A DNA stretch of 32,000 nt from Nitrosospira multiformis ATCC 25196. Lineage in GTDB: Bacteria > Pseudomonadota > Gammaproteobacteria > Burkholderiales > Nitrosomonadaceae. The stretch is taken from contig NC_007614.1 in NCBI RefSeq assembly GCF_000196355.1, positions 540,001 to 572,000 on the forward strand, read 5' to 3'. The translations under genes and the position numbers were made by a program. This document shows positions 20,938-32,000 of the stretch, piece after piece. The notes beneath the pieces were generated by a model. The model ran no database searches. It had not been told where the DNA came from and saw nothing but the letters and a program-made list of their open reading frames with translations. The number at the start of each line of letters is the position of its first letter. Within the stretch, counting starts at the first letter, position 1.

Positions 20938-22149
20938 GTGACGATACCAATTTCAGAACAAATCGAAATCATCAAGCGTGGTTGCAGCGAGCTTTTGCTG
21001 GAAGACGAGCTGGAGCAGAAGCTTGCCCAGAATCGTCCACTCAGAATCAAGGCTGGATTCGATCCTACAGCACCTGACTTGCATCTGGGTCATACCGTTC
21101 TGCTGAATAAAATGCGCCACTTACAGGATTTAGGGCATCACGCCCTATTCCTGATTGGCGACTTCACAGGCATGATCGGCGATCCCAGCGGCAAGAATAC
21201 TACGCGTCCCCCACTTTCCCGCGAGCAGGTAGCCGAGAATGCGAAATCCTATCAGGACCAGGTATTCCGCATACTCAAACCTGAACAGACCGAGGTGGTG
21301 TTCAACTCCGCATGGATGGACAGGCTGAATGCCGCCGATCTGATCAAACTGGCGGCAACTCATACGGTTGCGCGCATGCTGGAACGGGACGATTTTGGCA
21401 AGCGCTACCAGAGCAACAAGCCCATTGCCATTCATGAATTTTTATATCCGTTGATCCAAGGCTATGACTCGGTCGCGCTCCGCGCAGATATCGAACTGGG
21501 AGGCACTGACCAGAAATTCAATTTGCTGATGGGACGGGAGTTGCAGAAACACTTCGGGCAAGCGTCGCAATGCGTCATCACGATGCCGCTTCTCGAAGGA
21601 CTGGACGGCGTCAATAAAATGTCCAAGTCTGCCGGCAACTACATCGGGATCACCGAGAGTCCGGGGAACATGTTCGGCAAATTGATGTCTATTTCCGACG
21701 AATTGATGTGGCGGTATATTGAATTGTTGTCGTTCGAGCCGCTGCGCGTTGTTCGTCAGTGGCAGCAGGATGTAGGGAATGGACGCAATCCTCGCGATAT
21801 CAAGGTCCTGTTTGCGCAGGAGATCGTTACGCGTTTTCATAGCAGGCAGGATGCGGAAGCCGCTCTCGCCGATTTCGAGTCACGCTTCAGGCGGGGAGGT
21901 ATCCCGGATGATTTGCCGGAAAACATACTGCAGGCTGGAAAAGAAGGATTGCCGATCGCGCAGTTGCTCAAACAGACCGGGCTCACCGCCAGCACCACCG
22001 AAGCCTTGCGCATGATCGAGCAAGGTGGTGTAAAATTGAATGGCGAAAAGGTGAGCGACAAAACTTTCAGACTGTCCTGTGGTCAAATGGTGATAGTGCA
22101 GGTGGGCAAGCGGAAGTTTGCCAGAGTAACAATCTGCGAAGAAAAATAA
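20938..22149 (+). CDS. tyrS: Tyrosine--tRNA ligase (type 2, about 400 aa, C-terminal S4-like domain)
   Basis: [13 protein letters not shown] (HIGH motif), KMSKS motif ([10 protein letters not shown]), GTG start at 20938. Confidence 0.93.
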   Translation: MTIPISEQIEIIKRGCSELLLEDELEQKLAQNRPLRIKAGFDPTAPDLHLGHTVLLNKMRHLQDLGHHALFLIGDFTGMIGDPSGKNTTRPPLSREQVAENAKSYQDQVFRILKPEQTEVVFNSAWMDRLNAADLIKLAATHTVARMLERDDFGKRYQSNKPIAIHEFLYPLIQGYDSVALRADIELGGTDQKFNLLMGRELQKHFGQASQCVITMPLLEGLDGVNKMSKSAGNYIGITESPGNMFGKLMSISDELMWRYIELLSFEPLRVVRQWQQDVGNGRNPRDIKVLFAQEIVTRFHSRQDAEAALADFESRFRRGGIPDDLPENILQAGKEGLPIAQLLKQTGLTASTTEALRMIEQGGVKLNGEKVSDKTFRLSCGQMVIVQVGKRKFARVTICEEK

Positions 22150-22166
22150 AAATTATCAAAAAACCC

Positions 22167-22194
22167 TTGACCGGGTATCAGGCGTCTGTATAAT
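22167..22194 (+). promoter_or_regulatory. rRNA operon promoter P1 (sigma-70)
   Basis: -35 TTGACC (22167-22172), 16-nt spacer, -10 TATAAT (22189-22194), GC-rich discriminator GCCGCC. The A/T-rich UP-like tract GAAGAAAAATAAAAATTATCAAAAAA overlaps the tyrS stop codon. Confidence 0.75.
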
Positions 22195-22203
22195 GCCGCC
22201 TTT

Positions 22204-22343
22204 CGCATGATCGAGCAAGGTGATGTAAATCGGATGGCGAGAAAGTAAGCGACAAAACTTTCCGGCTGCCTTGTGGTCATATGGCGATAGTGCAGGTGGG
22301 CAAGCGGAAGTTTGCCAGAGTAAGAATCTCCGAAGAAAAATAA
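22204..22343 (+). pseudogene. Relic copy of the tyrS C-terminal (S4 domain) coding end
   Basis: Reads RMIEQGDVNRMARK* in the tyrS frame (1-nt deletion and premature stop). After the shift it reads [32 protein letters not shown], against authentic [32 protein letters not shown]. Confidence 0.85.
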
Positions 22344-22360
22344 AAATGTATCAAAAACCC

Positions 22361-22388
22361 TTGACCGGGTATCAGGCGTCTGTATAAT
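22361..22388 (+). promoter_or_regulatory. rRNA operon promoter P2 (sigma-70), identical core to P1
   Basis: -35 TTGACC (22361-22366), 16-nt spacer, TATAAT (22383-22388), discriminator GCCGCC, A/T-rich upstream tract. Lies about 233 nt upstream of 16S. Confidence 0.78.
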
Positions 22389-22401
22389 GCCGCCTTCGCT
22401 A

Positions 22402-22448
22402 GCTGACATCGGTTACAAAGTTTGTCAGCCGGCATCGCTCTTTAAAAA
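22402..22448 (+). promoter_or_regulatory. rrn leader antitermination elements (boxB-like hairpin + boxA-like)
   Basis: Hairpin GCTGACA (22402-22408) / TGTCAGC (22423-22429), followed by GCTCTTTAAAAA (22437-22448). This resembles the E. coli boxA sequence TGCTCTTTAACAA. Confidence 0.6.
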
Positions 22449-22620
22449 TTTACAGCCGATAGGTGTGGGCACTTGAACGGGACATACGGCTGTTTCGTGT
22501 TTTAGCGAAACAGTCAGTTCCAGGAATCGAAGTGCTCGCACAACGTACCAAGATTCTGATCATCCCGGTCACTCGGGAGAAACAGAATCGAATAACGTCA
22601 AGCGAGAGTTTTACCAGTAT

Positions 22621-24160
<1,540 letters not shown>

Positions 24161-24281
24161 GAGAAATTCCTGTTTGAGTGCCCACAACCTATCGGTTGTT
24201 TAGAAAAGCAAGGCTAGGGGGCTAAGGAAATAGGCTTGAGAACCACAAAAGGCCCATCTCTTTGTTTCCAGGCTCTGTTCA

Positions 24282-24358
<77 letters not shown>

Positions 24359-24365
24359 ACTAAAA

Positions 24366-24441
24366 GGGGGTGTAGCTCAGATGGGAGAGCACCTGCTTTG
24401 CAAGCAGGGGGTCATCGGTTCGATCCCGTTCACCTCCACCA
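24366..24441 (+). tRNA. tRNA-Ala (anticodon TGC)
   Basis: Acceptor GGGGGTG/CACCTCC with the G3:U70 identity pair, anticodon loop TTTGCAA, encoded CCA. Confidence 0.95.
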
Positions 24442-24466
24442 ATCAGAAAAGCAATTACCTAATTAG

Positions 24467-24504
24467 AAACCAGAAGTAAACGGAAAGGTTTACTTCTGGT
24501 TTTT
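24467..24504 (+). terminator. Terminator-like perfect hairpin inside the 16S-23S spacer
   Basis: AACCAGAAGTAAAC (24468-24481), loop GGAAAG, GTTTACTTCTGGTT (24488-24501), then TTT. This is a 14-bp perfect stem plus a U-run, 26 nt after tRNA-Ala. Confidence 0.5.
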
Positions 24505-24585
24505 AACCAGCGGCTGTATTTCGGGAGCGTTCAGGTTTTCAGATTGTTTTATTCACCTCTGAATTCCTTGTATTCGGTTCCTGAC

Positions 24586-24597
24586 GTTCTTTAACAA
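24586..24597 (+). promoter_or_regulatory. Spacer boxA-like antitermination element
   Basis: GTTCTTTAACAA compared with E. coli boxA (T)GCTCTTTAACAA. Lies upstream of 23S, the usual position. Confidence 0.6.
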
Positions 24598-24811
24598 TCT
24601 GGAAGAAGTAAATATTCCGTATCAACGGATACGTTGCCTTAGAGGCCACGTTTTCCCGAGAAACGGAATAATGGGTTAGATTGTATCGACGTATCGCATT
24701 TTTAGTCGGATGCGATGCGAAGCAAACACCTGTAACCACCGGTTTGGAAGATGAAGAGGAGTCGGTTTTTTGCTGACATCCGCTTAGGCTTCTAAAGCCC
24801 TTAAGGTTATA

Positions 24812-27702
<2,891 letters not shown>

Positions 27703-27825
27703 ATAACCTTAAGCAAGGACAAGGTGTTTATCAGATACAATCATTCCCATTTACTTCTTCAAGATTGCGGTTTTCGATAAAAGCCAGGGTTGCTCATTGC
27801 TTTTTTCGGATGCCACTAAAAGTTA

Positions 27826-27941
27826 CGCTTGGTGGTCATAGCACTTTGGACCCACCCCTTCCCATCCCGAACAGGGTCGTGAAACGAAGTCGCGCCGATG
27901 ATAGTGTGTTTTCACATGCGAAAGTAGGTCACTGCCAGGCA
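27826..27941 (+). rRNA. rrf: 5S ribosomal RNA
   Basis: CGCTTGGTGGTCATAGC...CCCATCCCGAACAGG...GCGCCGATGATAGTGTG...GTAGGTCACTGCCAGGCA. The terminal helix pairs with G.U wobbles. Confidence 0.93.
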
Positions 27942-27949
27942 CCTTATAG

Positions 27950-27986
27950 AAAAAACCCCGATTCTTACGAGAGTCGGGGTTTTTTT
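27950..27986 (+). terminator. rrn operon rho-independent terminator
   Basis: AAAAAACCCCGA (stem CCCCGA, 27956-27961), 12-nt loop, TCGGGG (27974-27979), then T7. Confidence 0.8.
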
Positions 27987-28303
27987 ATTGATACGTCGGA
28001 ATCAGCTTATTCTTGCATGTGCAGTTTCCACGATCGAATTTCAGCTCAGATGACAAGAAAATCATCAGGCAATGAAATCATCATGAAACTACAGCGATTT
28101 TTATTCCCCCGATTTTTATCCCTGTTACTGGCGCTGGTGATCAGCTTCACAACTTTTTCAAGAGCCATAGGGAGTACGGAATGGAGAGGGTTCTGAAGAT
28201 TGTCGAGTAGCCGGCGTGGATTGCGGCTATCCTCATGCGGCTTCCGCACGGACTGCCGTTCCCCTCTTGTTCCAGGAAACGGTATCAATACCGCCAAGTC
28301 CGT

Positions 28304-28321
28304 AGCCTGATAAGTCAGGCT
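28304..28321 (-). terminator. Hairpin immediately after the cysA stop (no U-run)
   Basis: AGCCTGA (28304-28310), loop taag, TCAGGCT (28315-28321). Starts 1 nt after the cysA stop codon. It lacks a T-tract on either strand, so terminator function is uncertain. Confidence 0.3.
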
Positions 28322-28322
28322 G

Positions 28323-29405
28323 CTAGTGTATCTGCGCCGGAAAGAGATCGAAACGGGAAGGTTTGATGAAAACCTGATCGCCTCGCGTCAGTTGCAGTTC
28401 CCGAAAGCGCTCCCTGCTGATTTCGACTTCGATCAATTCCTTGTCTTTGCCGTCATCGCGCACCAGCTGGAGGCGAACTACCGGGCCCACTGAGAGGATA
28501 TGGGACACATGCGCGGCAATTGCTCCCTCCCCATTCAAGGCATGGTCCACCTTATCCACATGGATGTCATGCGGACGCACGTAGGCCACTCCCGAGAGCT
28601 CTTCGGCCTCGGTATGCTCCGGCGCATCGATTTCGATTCCCCCTATCCAGGCGCGACCGCGATGGAGCCGTCCATGGAAAAGATTCACCTTGCCCAGGAA
28701 TTTGTACACGAACGGGCTTGCGGGGTGCTCGTATACCTCATCAGGCGTACCGATCTGCTCGATGCGACCCTCGTTCATGACTACGACCCGATCCGCGACC
28801 TCCAAGGCCTCTTCCTGGTCATGGGTGACGAAAACACTGGTAATGTGCATCTCATCGTGAAGTCTTCTAAGCCATGAACGCAGTTCCTTGCGCACTTTGG
28901 CATCCAGCGCCCCGAATGGTTCGTCGAGCAGCAGAACCTTGGGTTCCACAGCCAATGCTCGTGCCAGGGCGATTCTCTGGCGTTGCCCTCCCGAGAGTTG
29001 ATGCGGGTAGCGGTCTGCCAGCCAGTCCAGTTGCACCAGTTTTAGTAACTCATGTACGCGTTGCTGAATCTCTGCTGTGGAAGGGCGGAATTTTTTCGGA
29101 CGTACACGGAGACCGAAGGCTACGTTTTCGAAAATGGTCATGTTCCGGAACAGGGCGTAGTGCTGGAATACAAAGCCCACCTGGCGCTCACGGACGTGCT
29201 GATCCGTTGCGTCTTCGCCCTGAAACAGCACTTGGCCGGTATCCGCTGCTTCCAGTCCCGCAATGACACGCAGCAGGGTTGTTTTCCCTGATCCTGAAGG
29301 GCCGAGCAGCGCGAGCAGTTCACCGGACTTTACTTCCAGGCTGACGTCGCGTAGCGCGGAAAACGTGCCGAATTGTTTGGAAAGGTTACGAATTTCTATG
29401 CTCAT
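28323..29405 (-). CDS. cysA: Sulfate/thiosulfate ABC transporter ATP-binding protein
   Basis: Walker [10 protein letters not shown], signature LSGGQRQR, Walker [12 protein letters not shown], CysA-type C-terminal regulatory domain, 360 aa. Confidence 0.92.
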   Translation of the reverse strand: MSIEIRNLSKQFGTFSALRDVSLEVKSGELLALLGPSGSGKTTLLRVIAGLEAADTGQVLFQGEDATDQHVRERQVGFVFQHYALFRNMTIFENVAFGLRVRPKKFRPSTAEIQQRVHELLKLVQLDWLADRYPHQLSGGQRQRIALARALAVEPKVLLLDEPFGALDAKVRKELRSWLRRLHDEMHITSVFVTHDQEEALEVADRVVVMNEGRIEQIGTPDEVYEHPASPFVYKFLGKVNLFHGRLHRGRAWIGGIEIDAPEHTEAEELSGVAYVRPHDIHVDKVDHALNGEGAIAAHVSHILSVGPVVRLQLVRDDGKDKELIEVEISRERFRELQLTRGDQVFIKPSRFDLFPAQIH

Positions 29406-30283
29406 TCTTGTATTCCTGCGGTTTCCGGTTTTTCCCGGGTTTTTGATTCAATGATAGTCTTCAATGCCAATGTGACCAGTGCGAGCAGGGCGAGCAGCGA
29501 CGCCACGGCAAAGGCGGCCGCGAAGTTATATTCGTTATAAAGAATCTCGACATGCAGCGGCAAGGTATTGGTGCTCCCGCGGATATGCCCGGATACCACC
29601 GATACTGCACCAAACTCTCCCATTGCCCGCGCATTGCAAAGGATGACGCCGTAAAGCAGGCCCCATTTAATATTGGGAAGCGTTACACGGAAGAATATCT
29701 GCCAGCCGTTCGCCCCGAGTACAACGGCCGCTTCTTCCTCTTCGGCTCCTTGGGATTGCATCAGGGGAATCAGTTCGCGTGCGATAAAGGGAACCGTGAC
29801 GAATATGGTCGCCAGCACAATACCGGGCACCGCAAAGATAATCTTGATGTCGTGTTCCGCCAGCCACGGGCCCAGCCAACCCTGCAAGCCGAAAATAAGC
29901 ACATAGATGAGCCCGGACACGACAGGTGAGACCGAAAAGGGCAAATCGATGAGCGTGACCAGGAGGTTTTTGCCGCGGAACTCAAACTTGGCAACTGCCC
30001 ATGCTGCCGCTATGCCGAATACCAGATTAAGCGGAACTGCAATGGCGGCTGCGGTCAGGGTAAGCTGAATGGCGGACACCGCATCCGGCTCGGTAATTGC
30101 GGCAATGTAAACATCCCAGCCTTTCTTGAGCGCTTCGTAGAAAACCGATATCAGGGGTACGAAGAGAAAGAGTGTAAGAAAGGCCAGCGCAAGCCCGATC
30201 AGGGACCGCCGCACCCACGCGGATTCCTCGACGGGCCGCACCCGGCCTGAAGGGACGGGCAACGGAAGAGCAATAGCAGTCAT
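29402..30283 (-). CDS. cysW: Sulfate ABC transporter permease CysW
   Basis: 293-aa polytopic permease with a CysW-type loop [16 protein letters not shown]. Overlaps the cysA start by 4 nt (ATGA). Confidence 0.9.
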   Translation of the reverse strand: MTAIALPLPVPSGRVRPVEESAWVRRSLIGLALAFLTLFLFVPLISVFYEALKKGWDVYIAAITEPDAVSAIQLTLTAAAIAVPLNLVFGIAAAWAVAKFEFRGKNLLVTLIDLPFSVSPVVSGLIYVLIFGLQGWLGPWLAEHDIKIIFAVPGIVLATIFVTVPFIARELIPLMQSQGAEEEEAAVVLGANGWQIFFRVTLPNIKWGLLYGVILCNARAMGEFGAVSVVSGHIRGSTNTLPLHVEILYNEYNFAAAFAVASLLALLALVTLALKTIIESKTREKPETAGIQE

Positions 30284-30299
30284 CAGGATATCCTCATGC

Positions 30300-31136
30300 T
30301 CATACTGTCGATGAACTCCGGCTGCGACTCCACCATTGCAGCAGGTTAATGATCAGGAGCAACACGAAAGAAATCACGAGCATGACCACGGCGAGCGCCG
30401 TAGCGCCTGCATAGTCGTACTGCTCGAGCTTGGTAATGATCAGGAGCGGCGTGATTTCGGAAATCATCGGCATGTTGCCCGCAATAAAAATAACGGACCC
30501 GTATTCCCCGATCGCACGGGCAAAGGCAAGCGCAAAGCCGGTTATCAATGCCGGAAAAATCGCGGGAAAAATGATTCGCAGGAATGTGTGCAAGCGGGTC
30601 GCGCCGAGCGTAGCTGCTGCTTCTTCCAGTTCAGGTTCGAGGTCTTCCAGCACAGGTTGCACCGTTCGCACTACAAATGGCAATCCGATAAACGTCAGCG
30701 CCACGAAGACCCCTGCTGGCGTAAAGGCAACCTTGAGGCCAACCGGCTCCAGATACTGGCCGAACCACCCGTTCCCCGCATAGAGCGCTGTCAGGGCAAT
30801 ACCGGCTACCGCGGTGGGCAGGGCAAATGGAAGGTCTACCAGCGCATCGATCAGCTTCTTTCCTGGAAAGTGGTAACGCACCAGCACCCACGCAACCAGG
30901 AGCCCGAATATCGCATTGAGCAGCGCCGCTGCGAATGAGGCCCCAAATGTCAACCGATAGGAAGCCAATACCCTTGGTGTCGTCACCACATCCCAGAATT
31001 CGGGCAAGGTGAGTTCTGCAGTGCGAACAAATGCTGCCGAGATTGGAATCAGAACAATCAGGCTCAGATAAAGCAACGTAAATCCAAGCGCCAGATTGAA
31101 TCCGGGCAGAACGCTGTGTTGCCTGAACGTGCCCAT
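30300..31136 (-). CDS. cysT: Sulfate ABC transporter permease CysT (CysU)
   Basis: Starting at M56 of the track ORF ([31 protein letters not shown]) gives 278 aa, the typical CysT size. Contains loop [16 protein letters not shown]. The 55-aa upstream extension overlaps the preceding gene in another frame. Confidence 0.9.
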   Translation of the reverse strand: MGTFRQHSVLPGFNLALGFTLLYLSLIVLIPISAAFVRTAELTLPEFWDVVTTPRVLASYRLTFGASFAAALLNAIFGLLVAWVLVRYHFPGKKLIDALVDLPFALPTAVAGIALTALYAGNGWFGQYLEPVGLKVAFTPAGVFVALTFIGLPFVVRTVQPVLEDLEPELEEAAATLGATRLHTFLRIIFPAIFPALITGFALAFARAIGEYGSVIFIAGNMPMISEITPLLIITKLEQYDYAGATALAVVMLVISFVLLLIINLLQWWSRSRSSSTV

Positions 31137-31137
31137 T

Positions 31138-31998
31138 TCAGATTCTCGCCGCGTCGATATAGTGCTGCAGCGTCCGGATGCGCCGGGAGGAAGCCTCTGC
31201 GCTTCGGTACTCTGTCGTTGCAGCAGGTATGAACAAGTCAAACTCAATCGCCTGCGCTGGTATGCCGAGAAAGCGCCCCTGGAGAAGATCGGCACCGGCA
31301 CGAACAGCCCCTGTCAATTGTCGCGCTGTTTCGATCTCACGGAACAAAACCTGCGCGCCAAAGCGATGAATGACATCCACCAGCGGCCCTGCGTCTCCCA
31401 GCCTTTGAAGAACGGAGGCCTCCAACCGCACTACGTCCGGATACAGCGGATACAGGCTGGCAAGTTCCGCTACCCAATCGTCGCCGGCATCGTTGTGATT
31501 GATGGCTATGCGATAGCCGTGCGAGCGGTAATTGCTGATTACGTGTTTGAGCAGCTTCCAGTTGCGATTCACCTCAGCCGGAATTTCAATTACCACCCGG
31601 GAAGTCTCCACGCCGATGATATCGAGGATGCTTTTGAACGCTCGGCCATGGTCATCTTTAACGCTCTCCAGCAGGCGTGGCTGTACGGTGACGGAAAGAT
31701 TGCCCTCATGAGAGCGCCCGCTGAAGTAGTTAAGCACGTGCACTGCGCGGCACAACCGGTCAAAACGTACCAATGGAGCGTCTCCTTCCCCGAGAGACAG
31801 GACTTTCCAGGGTGATAAGGGATTTTCCTCACTCACGACAGAACGGATATAAGCTGCATGTCCTGCCACGCTGCGTGTTTTTGCATCGAATACTGGCTGA
31901 AATACGCTTGATAGCGAGCAGTTGAAAAAATGTCCCATGATGAAACCATTCTCCGCTCGAGTCACCGCATAATCGGTTGACTCCTGGATGCGCGCCAA
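31138..31998 (-). CDS. EAL-domain protein with degenerate catalytic motifs (possibly 5'-truncated by the window edge)
   Basis: EAL-fold landmarks are present: FQPVFD...G, VVIEIPAE, GYRIAI, REIET, GADLLQGRFLGIP. Catalytic positions are replaced: EAL.R becomes AAYIR, the metal Asn becomes T, DDFG becomes NHND, K.D becomes R.E. The stop TGA (31140-31138) is 1 nt from the cysT ATG. The TTG at 31998 may not be the true start. Confidence 0.7.
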   Translation of the reverse strand: MARIQESTDYAVTRAENGFIMGHFFNCSLSSVFQPVFDAKTRSVAGHAAYIRSVVSEENPLSPWKVLSLGEGDAPLVRFDRLCRAVHVLNYFSGRSHEGNLSVTVQPRLLESVKDDHGRAFKSILDIIGVETSRVVIEIPAEVNRNWKLLKHVISNYRSHGYRIAINHNDAGDDWVAELASLYPLYPDVVRLEASVLQRLGDAGPLVDVIHRFGAQVLFREIETARQLTGAVRAGADLLQGRFLGIPAQAIEFDLFIPAATTEYRSAEASSRRIRTLQHYIDAARI

Positions 31999-32000
31999 TT

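Larger units (their letters stand above)
22006..22394 (+). repeat. Tandem direct duplication (2 x ~195 bp): tyrS 3' end plus rrn promoter
   Basis: Hand alignment of 22009-22200 against 22204-22394 gives about 14 substitutions and 3 single-nt indels. There are identical blocks of 33 nt (TGCAGGTGGGCAAGCGGAAGTTTGCCAGAGTAA) and 34 nt (TTGACC...TATAATGCCGCC). Confidence 0.95.

Noticed and set aside
31137-31301. 55-codon N-terminal extension of cysT in the ORF track, with analogous 5' extensions of pcm (14832), ihfA (13103), sodB (20288) and the FadL-type gene (19790)
   Set aside because: The extensions overlap upstream genes or lack homology to family N-termini. Internal ATG codons give canonical protein lengths and, where visible, better RBS spacing.
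30336-31815. Plus-strand ORFs 30336-30938 (200 aa), 30430-30783 and 31096-31815 (239 aa), antisense to cysT and the EAL gene
   Set aside because: They are Arg/His/Gln-rich low-complexity translations opposite genes with clear permease and EAL-fold patterns, so I treat them as shadow ORFs.

Overview
This window reads as a chromosomal core region of a betaproteobacterial ammonia oxidiser, most likely Nitrosospira. The 16S gene contains exact matches to the target sites of the Nso190, Nsv443 and Nso1225 probes as I recall them. Gene order is: ftsH-folP-glmM; an orphan pstS-family gene; thrS-infC-rpmI-rplT-pheS-pheT-ihfA-merR-like-tRNA-Pro; surE-pcm-nlpD-rpoS; a group III truncated haemoglobin; a convergent FadL/TodX-family porin; sodB; tyrS; a complete rRNA operon (16S, tRNA-Ile, tRNA-Ala, 23S, 5S); and on the minus strand cysA-cysW-cysT preceded by a degenerate EAL-domain gene that runs to the window edge. 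I found no CRISPR array, transposase, integrase, phage genes or recognisable defence or toxin module, so I cannot support a claim of a new multi-gene system here. The observations most worth a second look are four. (1) A tandem ~195-bp duplication couples the last ~140 bp of tyrS to the rRNA promoter, giving two identical rrn promoters plus a frameshifted tyrS relic. (2) A perfect terminator-like hairpin sits inside the rRNA spacer between tRNA-Ala and 23S. (3) A catalytically degenerate EAL-domain gene ends 1 nt before the cysT start, in the position a sulfate-binding-protein gene would normally occupy. (4) Several atypical intergenic regions: a T-tract repeat array after ftsH, a terminator plus mini-uORF before pheS, a 200-bp A-rich pheS-pheT spacer, and a 512-bp gene-poor region before sodB. 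All coordinates and alignments were derived by hand from the sequence. No database search was run.
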